A DNA stretch of 41,583 nt from Catajapyx aquilonaris (lineage: Eukaryota): NCBI GenBank assembly GCA_000934665.2, contig KZ538899.1:1-41583 (forward strand). Direction: 5' to 3'. Below, piece after piece: positions 11,957 to 23,948 of the stretch (position 1 is the first letter of the stretch; every line of letters begins with the position of its first letter). The notes under the pieces were generated by a model. That model worked only from the letters and a program-made list of their open reading frames with translations. It was not told the origin of the DNA and made no database searches. The position numbers and the translations under genes were made by a program.

Positions 11957-12098
11957 AGCGTATACAGCCCTATCGTCAGCGTATACAGCCCTATCGTCAG
12001 CGTATACAGCCCTATCGTCAGCGTATACAGCCCTATCGTCAGCGTATACAGCCATATCTTCACGTACACGGCCCTATCGTCAGCGTATACAGCCCTAC
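11957..12098 (+). repeat. 21-bp minisatellite (AGCGTATACAGCCCTATCGTC) x ~6.8
   Basis: Four perfect units, two degenerate units and one partial unit, with no spacers. Confidence 0.95.
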
Positions 12099-12958
12099 GT
12101 ACGGATATGACTACAACCGTATGTGATAGCAGGATAGCAGATAGCGGAATCGCAGTAGCTGCTACGGAGTAGCAGTTATCCGATGGAGTGATCGGATCGG
12201 CGATGAACGGAACGGCGCATGCGCTGCCTGTGGCTTCCCGGCCCTCCCGCACGATGGCGCGCAGGCGAGGTGCTCAGGGTCCTGGGTCCCGGCTGTCTGG
12301 AGACGATTTTTACAAAAGGGCCCAATTTCTGATTTATGCGAAAATGAGTTGAGATATATGGGTGATTCTCCAAAAACTTACCATTTTCAAGCAAGAATTA
12401 ATGAATTTCAAAACTTGTTTTAAAAATTTGGAATAATTCTCACTTATTCTATATGAGGTCACAAATCAGGGGAAAATATGGAGAACTGATTCTGATATTC
12501 TAATGCCAGGAGAGTGAATATTTCCAGGAGTTCGGGAGCCAGAAGAATGACCTATGCATGCAATAGGATTAATATCACGGTCCAGAACAAACGTTGTCTA
12601 TGGAGATTTCGGTGGGTTCAAGAAGACCCTTCATTCCATGGAATCACAGTTATTTCAAAACATTTAAGCTATTATGTGACATAGAAAAATGAGCCAGACG
12701 TGTGAACTTTGAATTTCCGGGAGAAAAATGACCTTTGGATGCATTGGAATTAATATCACGGTCAAGAACGAACGTTGACCCATATACAAATTGTAGGTAA
12801 GCCATACATGCATCACATGGTGTGGAAGATTGAACCAAATTCATGCAGTGTCATGTAAGAAATGGAAGTAGAAATATCCAGGGAAATGCATAAGGGTCCA
12901 CATGCAGGAATTGGGCCATCGCTGAAGACCCTTGAGCCTTGACACAGCATGTGAGGAA

Positions 12959-13204
12959 GCTGAAGTTGGTGTGGTGGTTAAGGAACCCGCCTGCTAATCG
13001 GGAGGTCCTGGGTTCGAATCCTGGGGCCGGCAGTCCTGACCGTGGTTTTCTGTGGTTTTCCACGGTCCCCCCAGGATAATTCCGGGGTTGTTTCCGTATA
13101 ATAGGCCAGTCGCCTCCTTCCTTCCCTATCCTTGGCCCCATCCAATGGTGGTACTCCACCCCCCTAATGGAACGCCGATTCTCCCAATGGGGTATAAACA
13201 AACA

Positions 13205-13241
<37 letters not shown>
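12959..13241 (+). mobile_element. SINE family A, full length, (AATC)n tail
   Basis: tRNA-like head ...cctgctaatcgggaggtcctgggttcgaatcc; (AATC)n tail; imperfect TSD atgtgaggaagctg (12949-12962) / atgggaggatgctg (13242-13255). Confidence 0.9.
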
Positions 13242-13243
<2 letters not shown>

Positions 13244-13540
13244 GGGAGGATGCTGGAGATGGTATGCAGATTTCTCCCATGACTGTGTGTGATTCAGAGG
13301 AAATTAATAAAGAGCTGCTCTAAACAATGATGGCTGTGTTGATGTTCATTCACATGCGAACATAACATGCAATATTTTTATGCCATTGGTTACTCTTTCC
13401 TCATGGTATGGTGTCCCGATAATGTACATTAAAAATTATATTCATAAATAAATAGATAGATACAATACTCATGTGGATCGAAATGGTCAAAGAAATGCAA
13501 AAGGGCCCTAATATGGCAACAATGAGTGGCCCGTACTTCG

Positions 13541-13675
13541 CGTAGGTGAGATATTTCATAATTATATTTATGAAATATCTCACGTACGAAAGTTGGCGTG
13601 CATGAAGGGGAATAGTTGCGTACAGTTTATATATAAACTGTACGCAGCTATTCCCCTTCATGCACGCCAACTTTC
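13541..13675. repeat. Two abutting palindromes (48-bp hairpin and 88-bp loopless palindrome)
   Basis: 13541-13588 has 21-bp arms, a 6-nt loop and 1 mismatch. 13588-13675 has 44-bp arms, no loop and 1 mismatch. Confidence 0.9.
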
Positions 13676-14188
13676 CTCAGTAGTGGTCAATGAGGTCCGG
13701 ACATTATGTTGGCTGCGATACGGAAAAAATGCTATCCTGAAAAATGTGTCACCTTGCAACTGGACCCTTTTGCATTTCCGTGCTTCAACTTCATGCTGGT
13801 TGCAAGATATGTGGCCCGTCCACCCGTGTAGCTAGTAGGACCACATAGACCTGAACCCACTTAGGCCCAGCCCCATCCCCTTTGTCTCTTCTACCCCCAA
13901 AGGAGACCACAATAAACTCGTGTTTACATAGCACAACATGGAGTAATGAAACACTGTATAATGTACCGTATAATGTACGAAATTTTTTGACAAGAACCGC
14001 TGCCAACTACGCAATTAACTTAAATGATGTACAGCAAAGTACAAACAATCATATGTAAACATTTTAATGGAGCCCCAAAAGGCTGCCTCAACAAGAAATT
14101 TTACGCCATCACACTGTAATTATTTGCAGCGTGTGAGTTCAGTTTCAGACACTTATTCATTACAAAGCTTGTAATGACAAATTAATGT

Positions 14189-14458
14189 AATAATAATATA
14201 ATAATGGATACCCCGTGATAGGGCCCTTGGGCCTATAAGGGGATCATCTTTTGTAAAACCGACTTTAATCATTTGCCTGTAATGTGATGGATTTTGATAG
14301 TGGGAGGAAACGGGAGAACCCCGAGAAAACCCCCGCGAACACGGAGAGAACCCATCGAAACTCTATCCACATAAGAATCCTCCGTCCGACCCGGGGATCG
14401 AACTCGGGACCTTAGAGGTAGAAGGCTGCGGCGCTAACCACTCGGCCACCGTGTCGCC
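14189..14458 (-). mobile_element. Complete SINE family B (V-SINE-like), second copy
   Basis: Reverse complement aligns end to end with 10089-10362; perfect 15-bp TSD ATGACAAATTAATGT at 14174-14188 and 14459-14473. Confidence 0.94.
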
Positions 14459-14928
14459 ATGACAAATTAATGTCTTCACACTGATCGGTTTCACCAGGGC
14501 CAAGATCGTACTTTTTAAAGTTTGTCTCTAATATTAAAAGGGAAACGGAAGTTTTTATGTTGACTTCCCATTTATGGAAGTAAAAGTTGCAATTTAATTT
14601 TTTTAGTTGAGCATTTATACAAGTAGGGCCTACATACAATGTACACTAGTAGCGGACCCACGATTTTGGAAACACTACCTGGCCCACCCACCCCCACTTT
14701 GGCAGTTGTCATAATACATCCAGCGACATGTTTTATTGTTTATTCATGTCAAGAGAAGAATTACTAAGTAGGCCTACCAGTGACAGACTGACAGGAGACG
14801 GAGAGGCGCTGCGGTACGCGCCCACGGATGTTCCATTATTTCAAGCGCAGTTTGTACATACATTCGCTCGGAACGGCCCTCGGAACATGTGCAGGACGTG
14901 GTTCAGAATGCATTTGATTTAAACTTAC

Positions 14929-15082
14929 TTGGTCTTCCCAGGGCTTTTGCCCACCTCGTACCACGCCTTCTCCCGCGTCCCCTTGTTTCGATACGCGGCC
15001 TTCCCCACCTCGTAGAGCAAGCTGCACCTCTCCACATCGTCGATAAGGGCCTTCTCCGGACAGTCATCTACCGTGGCGGCAT
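14929..15082 (-). pseudogene. MADF (Myb/SANT-like) domain first exon, probably the Harbinger accessory gene
   Basis: Manual translation DDCPEKALIDDVERCSLLYEVGKAAYRNKGTREKAWYEVGKSPGKT is followed directly by a GTAAGT donor (14928-14923). The ATG at 15082 is out of frame by 1 nt. Confidence 0.75.
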
Positions 15083-15159
15083 CTTTTTCTCAGATTCCAA
15101 TTTGCGCAAGTTGCTTTTCTTTTGTCAGTTTCATGTTTACATGACCTCCTTGGAAAGTG

Positions 15160-15361
15160 CGCATGCGCGCTGCCCAAGCGCGGCCTCGGTCGCAGTTTGA
15201 GATCGACCACGACTAAAAAACCAAAAACAGAAATCAACAGATCTGGTCGACGAGACCGGAGACCGAAACCGTCGACCGTGAGGGTCCGCTCTGATTTGTC
15301 CGCGGCGCGGCGTCGACGCGACCAAACACCAAAACCGTCGACGGCCTGTGTGAATGGGCCT
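15160..15361 (-). mobile_element. PIF/Harbinger terminus upstream of the MADF exon
   Basis: Reverse complement reads TAA|AGGCCCATTCACACAGGCC; repeated aaaccgtcgac subterminal motifs; the other end is not seen. Confidence 0.65.
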
Positions 15362-15744
15362 TTACTCTTCTGTGACCGCTACATGTTTTATAATATTGTC
15401 GGACGGCGAATGTGAAAATCTATGATTACTGTAGGCTACCTAGGCGATGAATGTTTACGGACATACTTTGGACAGAGAATTATGCATTTTAGGTACAGTA
15501 TATGATTTTTACAGGCTAGAGGAGAAAAGGTTTTATAAAAGTGCCAAATGGAACTCTTCAATCACAAATCATAAAAATCAAAGGGGTCACTTCTGATTAG
15601 ATGAATAAATTCTTCGACGAATAGAAAGTGCCATTTCTTTCACTGGCGATTTTTTTTTCATTCTGCAAAATGCAGGAAAAATGTTTAAAAATTTATACTA
15701 TCTAAGAGGCTATGAAGCACAATTTATATTACGAGGCAGGTATA

Positions 15745-16306
15745 CAGGGTGTTTATTGTAACTCTGCAAAGACTTTCATGGGTAATAGAGGGGACCAATA
15801 CAAGTATTTTTGACATAGGAACCCGTGTCCGGAAACGCCATCTAGAGGGGGTTCATAGACAAGGAACGGGTGCGCTCAGACGCGTCAGGCGAGAGGCGCT
15901 AGGAGAGCGGACTGTTTTGTTGATAGATGGCGCGCAGTTGTTGCCAGGTTATGGCGTATCGCGTCGTTGTAAGTAGACAACAACGCGATACTCCATAACC
16001 TGGCAACAACAGAACCGCTGTTGACTATCCGCGCGTCTCCTAGGAGGCGGACTTTAGTTGCTAGATGGCTCTGCTGTTGCCAGGTTATGGCACATCACAT
16101 TGGTGTTTACTATCCGAGCGCTATCTATCAATAAAACAGTCCCCTCACCTAGCGCCTCCCGCGTGAAGCGTCTGAGCGCACCCGTTCCTTGTGTATGAAC
16201 CCCCTCTAGATGGCGTTTCCGGACACAGATTCCTATGTCAAAAATACCTGTCTTGGTCCCCTCTATTATCCCTGAAAGTCTTTGCAGAGTTACAATAAAC
16301 ACCCTG
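15745..16306. mobile_element. Tc1/mariner-type MITE with ~190-bp TIRs and internal hairpin
   Basis: TA|CAGGGTGTTTATTGTAACTCTGC...GCAGAGTTACAATAAACACCCTG|TA; internal hairpin at 15937-16010. Confidence 0.93.
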
Positions 16307-16870
16307 TATATTAATTCATAATTTAACAAAGTATTCTATATGAATGTTGACAGCATTAACAGTAAAATAATGTGTAACGCACAATATTTGGCATTATATC
16401 CTGATTTTCTTTCACGTCACCTCTAAAATATAATTATTCTAAAAATAGCTCGTCACTGCTACTATGAGATATCGGCAAACCCTGATCAGTATTAGATATT
16501 TAGCGTGTGCAGTGTGTTTAGTGTCCTGTTATGCTAAGCGGCTTAAGCGGAAGTTATGGGGGAAGGAAAATTTGCTCTTGCTGAGACCAGAAGAGATTAC
16601 GCTGAATCAACAGAGGGATGCCTTATGGTTGGATCAAGTTTACATACACTTTCCTTTGAAACTCGATACTACCTCATCAGGATCTCTAAGTGACAGCCTG
16701 TAATACGCTTTAAGCCCAATTTTGATTTGATCTGATTATCTGGAATTTTCCATTATGCAGAGTGTTTCTTACCAGCCAGCAGCGTACTCGTTGGCCAGTA
16801 ACAAGTCTAAAATGTTGGGGCGAGAAGATGTCGAGGCAGTGTCGGTAACGAGGTAATGACCACAATAATT

Positions 16871-17124
16871 TGCCTTCCCCTAGACACATAAGGCAACTTA
16901 CATAGCAGCTGTCGGCAGCTAAACAGCCCAGACACATGCAGTGGTTGCCAAAGGAGCAAGATATGGGAGTAATTATGGATACTGCGCATGAGTCGTGACA
17001 TTTCAGAATAATTGTCACCACTTGCACAGTAACAGTAGGCCTATTATTACACTCATATTGGGCATGGAAAGTTTTGCCTTCCGAAAGGTACATGTGGGCT
17101 GTTGCGTGTGTCTAGGGGAAGGCA
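16871..17124. mobile_element. MITE with 18-bp perfect TIR
   Basis: TGCCTTCCCCTAGACACA / TGTGTCTAGGGGAAGGCA; internal degenerate copies of the motif; TSD unclear. Confidence 0.7.
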
Positions 17125-18782
17125 TATGAAGGTGGTCGCGTATGCCGTTACCGGTTGGTACGCGCACTTTTCACTCTATCCTATATTTGAGATTTGGTTG
17201 GGACTAAAGAGTACAATCATGGCTGGAAATTCCCCTAGCAAAACCAACCTGTAGTACAAGGATGGTTTTGGGCCTAGCAGATAAGGTGTTAGCTTTATTT
17301 CAAAGCCACGAATCGAACATATCAACGGAAAAGAGCGAGAGAAGTAATAAAGTCATGACTCGGCGACGCGACGGTTAGGTAGGTACTTGATGGGGTGTGG
17401 GGAAGTAAAATGCAAGAATTTTCACTCTCCATAAACGTCACCATCTTGGTAATTTTTCCTCGACTTGGTCCCCACCCTCCTAAAGTTAGTTCTCCGGTGA
17501 CTATTAGTCGTGGAAAACTTTTTTCATAGTCGGGAGCTAATGAGAAGAGCGTGTGCCATATCCGTCTGAAGGAAAATGGTGGGACAGGAGGGGTGGGGGT
17601 AGAAAACCAGTCTCAGCTGGGACCGTGTCTTTCCAGAGATGCATCCAGAGAGAAGCTCTTGATGAGTAGCAATGGAGACTGAATTAGATTAAGGGGCTTG
17701 CGGACGGAAGGGGGGACCTTTTCCATTATGCGTGTTTGATCTATACGCCCAAATGGGGTTGGGAGAAGTCCTTAATGAGCCCCCACCCACCCCCCTACTC
17801 TTCACTCGTCTCATCTCCCACAGAGAAGCTCTCCAATTATGCCCCCGAATGGATGCCACCACACCTGCCACCCTTCCCGACTGTCTTTATGTGCTGTGAG
17901 ATTAAGCTTCGTCAGGGCGAGTTACGCTCGGGACTTCTCAGCTCGTTACCAAGTCTACTTTGCTTCACTGCGTTGTAATGGTGTGGGCTTGCCAGACCAG
18001 CTTTTGATTTACTTAGTCTTCCCCTCCCCATCCCACAACCACCCTCCTTACTTACTGCACAGCAAGGGCTGTGACGTCAGCTGCTCTGTCATGGGTTTCA
18101 CGTGTACAAACACCGATGTACCAAAACTAGCCCTTCCCTCAAGATGGGACTCGATTACAAGGAGGCTCCAGACTAGCATAGGTTAATGCTAAATGCTGCT
18201 TGTCTGCATTTGGGAGATGGGCCCTGTTTCTAGGTCACCCAAATGATGAGCAAAAGCCTACTTCTCTTTGAATAATGCACACTAATGCGACGCAGTCAGG
18301 GAGACAAATTTATTTACATGGCTCCCATTACGGTAATGTCTCTGGTTGAGTACATTGCTTGGTACCCAACGCCTACTGTTTCGCTGCGGTTTTATTCCGC
18401 TCGCCCTGCTCTGCAAAAAGACAAACATCATTTTGGGCAGATATCGTCTTGCGTGACGGTTTACATGTGATTCTACTCGTTTTTCTGCGGCTCACTACTC
18501 CATTCATGGTAATGGCCTCTGTGTTTCCCTGCTTTATAACCAGCAATGCAGTAATGACAGAAAATCATTTTCAATCTGGATACTTATAGCTGAAATTTAC
18601 CAAGTCCAATATACCATTATTGCAATGGGATGAGTATTGTTGTTGCATCACACCACGAGGCGTCAAATGTCCAGGGGCATGATTGTATTTACCAATAAAC
18701 ATGTGCTCAATATCATGTACAATACTTGAACGACCCTAATGTTGATTAAATGATTTGGTATCAGCTGCTCTTTCCCTCTGTA

Positions 18783-19701
18783 CGGTGGTCGTACCGGTTA
18801 TGGCCATGCTCCTGATATGACCACCCCGCTATTGTGAGTTAACTAACAAAGAAATCCGATATTTGGCATCAGCAGCCAGTGGGAGGGCCACCAAGTGTGT
18901 CACTTGATCATTTCTCATCCCCCCAGGTTGAGCCATATGGCCTCAGTTGCCTGGTTTGTGTTTTTCGTGTGACCTCTTCTTGTTTTTCTCATGCACGTCT
19001 CCTTTGTTTTATGCATGTTTTGCAAAGACATTTTTCGTGAAAACCATCGTACTCTATTCAGTTTTTAATGCTCTTTCGATTGGTGTTGCCGTTGTTGGCG
19101 TATGTTTTACTAGTTGTTCATAATCAAACGATTTTCGTAAAAGCTGACCTGCTCCTGATACGGCCACATCAAGTGTACCATGGCTACATCAAGTATTATA
19201 TTTTTATTTGTCCCAATTGCGAACAGTAATTTGTTTTAACAATCTCAATTTTGTCTTGTGCTCTTCTCTTGAATCATTTCATAGGTTTTTTTAAAATTGT
19301 AATGTCAATTTTGCAAACCTCCTCATTTTTAATTGCAAATCCTGTTTTGAATCCACTTTTGCATAACAAAAAGGATCATTTCGTATCATGTTTATTGATT
19401 TCGTACCAAAATTATTTTATTTCAGCAGAACTGTTCTATGAAATTGAAAAAAACACGATTTGTAGAAAGTGGAACAAGGGTGGCCTTATCATGTGCTCAT
19501 GGTCCTGATATGGCCACTAGGTAGACTTTTGGAATTCGGTTTTTCTGGACCAGTAAAACTATTTTCATGGGGAATTAAATTTTTTTAAATGAAAGTCCAT
19601 TAACCTGGGAACAATTACAAAAAAAGCTATTGATTTTTTCTCAAAAAGGCGGCTAGAAAAATTCTCAAACCTTAGCATGGCCATAACCGGTACAACCACC
19701 T
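18783..19701. mobile_element. ~920-bp non-autonomous TA-targeting DNA transposon (Tc1/mariner/pogo-like)
   Basis: 28-bp TIR CGGTGGTCGTACCGGTTATGGCCATGCT / AGCATGGCCATAACCGGTACAACCACCT flanked by TA; motif CCTGATAYGRCCAC at about 18811, 19154 and 19504. Confidence 0.85.
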
Positions 19702-19952
19702 TATATGCCATGCAATGGCAATGTCACTCGAAATTAACATATGACACTGAAGACTAATTTTAAAATCCACAACCATTTTCTGCTGAAAAGAATAACTTTT
19801 TTACCTAACATGAAACAATTTAATCCAATCTTCCTTCCAACATTTTCGAGGCTTGGCCATTTTTCCAAACTGGCAATAAGTCATACAAACTACTCTCTAA
19901 GACAATGTAGAGTAGAAAATTCTTGCGCAAGAACGAGAACAATACAGATTTA

Positions 19953-20225
19953 ACCGATGCAGTGGTGGCGGAGAGGATATGGTATCCGACTGCTAATCGG
20001 GAGGTCCTGGGTTCGATCCCCGGGGCAGGCAACCCTAACCGTGGTTTTATGTGGTTTCCCACGGTCCCTCCAGGTAAATGCCGGGGTTGTTTTCTAAAAT
20101 AATAGGCCACAGCCGCTTCCTTCCGTCCCTATCCTATCCCCAAAAGCGAAGTAAAATGCAAAGAAAGAGTTCCAGTCAAAACAAAACTCCCCCCTAAAGA
20201 GCCGCCGGCTGATAACGGGCTATGA

Positions 20226-20266
<41 letters not shown>
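19953..20266 (+). mobile_element. Complete SINE family A with (TTA)n tail
   Basis: Head accgatgcag...ccgactgctaatcgggaggtcctgggttcgatccc; perfect 15-bp TSD AACAATACAGATTTA at 19938-19952 and 20267-20281. Confidence 0.94.
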
Positions 20267-20267
<1 letters not shown>

Positions 20268-20329
20268 ACAATACAGATTTACAGATTTTTCATGTACATA
20301 ATAAATGTGCGGATGTAACTTTTAATATA

Positions 20330-20392
20330 CGTTTGTTGAAGCAGAGTTTTAAGGACCATATTATGGTCCTTAAAACTCTGCTTCAACAAACG
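20330..20392. repeat. Perfect 63-bp palindrome (31-bp arms, 1-nt loop)
   Basis: cgtttgttgaagcagagttttaaggaccata-t-tatggtccttaaaactctgcttcaacaaacg. Confidence 0.92.
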
Positions 20393-23300
20393 CATTATGC
20401 GAGCAACATTCACCCCATGACCTTCATCTCGTGTCACTCTCACTTCCTTAGACGAATGACACTGTGCGGACAAGCAGCATACGGTCAAGTGCGGTTACAA
20501 ATATTCATCCTGAAAAGCACACTTCTCGCATAATAAAAGAGGCTGAAGGGTTGCCCTCGATAGTCAGGATACACACAAATAAAATAATACTGGCTGTACG
20601 TACAGTACCACAGGGAATACTTTTTAGTCATTTAGGCGTTGAATGTGATGAGAAGGGCGTATTTATTATCTAGTAATTAAAAATAAACACTAATCATCAT
20701 TAGTCCTGCACAGGTAAAATGGCTTTTGCTATATGAATTTTTGCAACCAAAATAATTTATTTCTACAGTACCGGTACTGTAATAAACATGTACAGAATAT
20801 CTATGCAAGATTTTATACATGATCGTAATTCTTGCGATTTGATGACTTTAAAGTTTAAACGATAATCGTTCCAAAAATTATCGCGTCGGATAATTAGACC
20901 ATATAATGGCAGGCTTCTGCACAAGTCATGCATTCCGGGCGGATTGCGTGCTTCTGGTTGTGATGCTTCAATTTTGCTTGCAAAAAATATCAAGTTTAAA
21001 TTTTATGTGCACGGAGCAGGAAAATAGGAAACATGCAATAGACTGCCCCCTAGGGTACTTGCCATGCGTTTTGAAAGTTCCGGATACACCCTTTTTTTCC
21101 TGCTTCAGTTCACGAATTGAGAAACAATGGCTGTGGCCTCCAGGGTGGGAGTACAGGGGGAAGGGTAAGGGTGGGACAGGGTGGGGTGGGAGTGTATAAT
21201 ATTACGCGGCGCCATGAAACTGGCGGATGTTGCGGTGGAAAACACGTTCCCGCATCGCTTCCCATCGTAAAGAGCTGCATTTGTTCTGTGAGGCAGACCT
21301 GTTTATGCCTTTTTCCTACCCTGCCCCGCTGTTTCAATTCCTACCTACCCAACAACTTTCCCCAAATTTTATTCTACACTTTTCTGGACCGTTAAACCGG
21401 ATATGGTCTGCTGGGCATGCGCCGGATTTCCGCTTCGGTGTGCGTCATATAATTAAAAAAAGTTGTGTTACTGCAGCAGTAAACTATATCGTTTCGGTTC
21501 CTATACACCGGCGTTTAACACAATTAACAACGCACTCTACAACATGCTCCGATCAGATCAAAGGATTCTGTTTTTTTTCTCAATATAAGCTAAATCAAAT
21601 TGAACCATTATTCAGGTTTCGAATTTGCTGTGTTTGAATAAACTGTGAGCATTAGGGTTGCAAGTTTCTGACTGCTGAATAAAAACTTGAATCGAGATGA
21701 AAATATCTGTGTAAATCAGTGTAATGGTAAAAAAGAGTGGGAGCATGACTTTTAAGGCTACAGAAATCTTAATTATAATTGATCAAGTGTATCCAATGAA
21801 ATCATAGAAATTGAATAAAATTGATTCTAACTCTGGTAATGATCCGTAAGAGAAATCTTCCGGAATAATTTCTCCGGATGACGAGGATTAGAAGGCATTC
21901 GCAGCATTACATAAAGGAAGAAGCATCGCAGTATTCACACACATCCCCTTAAGTGACCCTTGAGGTCTATTCCACAATGCCTATTCCGCTTTTGATGTGA
22001 CTACAATTCACGAGAAATCCTTCCTCCGCCAGTACCACTCCCCCGACACTTAACCGGTAACAAACCTGTATTGATTCAACCGCTATTGCAACCAACCTTC
22101 ATTGGTCCCCACTCCATACCTCCCTCGATAATTCGTAAGCCAAACGAGGTAGGCCCTTGTTTCGAATTTTTGAAGTCAGGCGTGCATAACTTCCCCCTCC
22201 CCTCCCCCTCCCTCCCTCTCTGCCATCCCCCTCTGGCTTGTATCGATGGACGAGAAGTGCAGTTTGAGTGTCGTGTTGCGGTGCGAACTTTTTGCCCGTC
22301 GGACAGAATCAGGTCCGCGATTAGCGGGGCTGCACTCGTTGGCAGATGGATTTAATTAATGGCGCTTGAAAACCGTGGCCCAAAACTAACTTGGGGGAGG
22401 GGGAGGGGTCGCTTCCTGTAACCGAACACTACTCTTAATCGGTGGTAGTGGTGGGAGGGATGGAGAGGGTGGGGAAGGGGGTCCGATTGACGAGAGCTCT
22501 CTGGTGGGCAAGATGGTGAGATAAAGCCGGGACTGGCCCCTGACTTGGCAAATATGGCCGGCGATAATTGGCGGCTGCGAAATCCCTCTGCTGGCTCCGG
22601 GCTTATGCCCTCTCTCGAATCGCATTACGACTGATATGCGAAACCTGGGCAAATTTGCACGGACATATGCCAGATAAGCCCGCGTTTATAACAGGTAACC
22701 TTGGCTTCTTACACGCGTCGTTCGCAGTCGGTGCCTTCCTCGGGACAAAGTCGGTTCAAATTTTATCAAATTCGGGGAAACTGCAAATCTGTCAGGGCTC
22801 CTTTCATGTACTAGAGTTTGACGCATCGATTTTGCCACTTTACCAGAAACACTTTGTATGGAGCAGAACAAAATTATGGGCTAACTTTAGAGCTACGACC
22901 TGGAGCCACTGTCACATCAGCATTAGCGAATGTTTAACAAGTTTAGGAGCCAAAAGCGACATAACGTCTTTAACAGTGGGTACGCATTTGTCAAAAGTAT
23001 ACAGGTTAATACTCCCTAGGTTTTGCTGCCATCCAATTTCAGATAAATTAATGTTTAGTAACGTTTAGACCAGAACCACCACAAACACATGAGCAAATTT
23101 GAATGTCAATGAGTGGAATTTTCGTCCCACTGCACTGCTAGTAACAATGTTTTTAGTTTCTCCTGAAGAATTTCACCTCGTGGTGTTGGGCACTTTGACA
23201 ACTACTGACGTCTTCAATGATTTATTATTGTATATTGCGGGAGCCCAAAATATTAACATGTTAACCCTTAAGTAGTATGATGAATTTGAGCAACATAACT

Positions 23301-23905
23301 ACTGTTAAAACCCCAGGAGGTAATTGAATTAGTTTTAATCTCCAATTCATGTGATTATATTTTAATGCCATGTAAAATAAGCTCAAATAAATATTAATGT
23401 GTAAATAATAAGACATACGGCTAATTCCATACAAAAGTATACATCAGGGTCAGATTTTAAAATAAATCATTTCTATGATAATATCATGGTCTTTCCTGAA
23501 AGCTGAGATTGTGTATTTTTATTTGTGAACATATATTAGAAAATTGTCACATTCATTCAAGCTAACAACACTGTTTATTTCCAATATGGCGGGTGTGCAA
23601 ATTTCTTTGTTCTAAGGCTCCAGAAAAATCTTCATAATTCCACCAGTAAGCTAGTGTTTTTCATGCAGTAAACTGTGATTTCTATCACATAAGAACTGAA
23701 TGAATGTACTATATTTACTGTATACTGTACTGTATTTATCTTTCCATTGCAATGACTTATTCAGCATAAAAATAAGCTAGTTTATATACTATCTTTGTGT
23801 GTCGCGTAAGTCACAATTTTTTGACATTTTTTAAATTTTTAGCTGTAGTACCAAAATCTAAAAGTTGATATTAATTACCTTCTCACTACACAGTAGTACC
23901 CTACA

Positions 23906-23948
23906 AATAATAATAATAATAATTATTATTATTATTATTATTATTATT
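23906..23948. repeat. (AAT)n(TAT)n self-complementary microsatellite
   Basis: Read directly from the sequence. Confidence 0.9.

Noticed and set aside
11957..12098. CRISPR-like array or repeat-protein ORF (LYTLTIG)n
   Set aside because: Units are contiguous with no unique spacers, there are no cas genes, and the context is eukaryotic.
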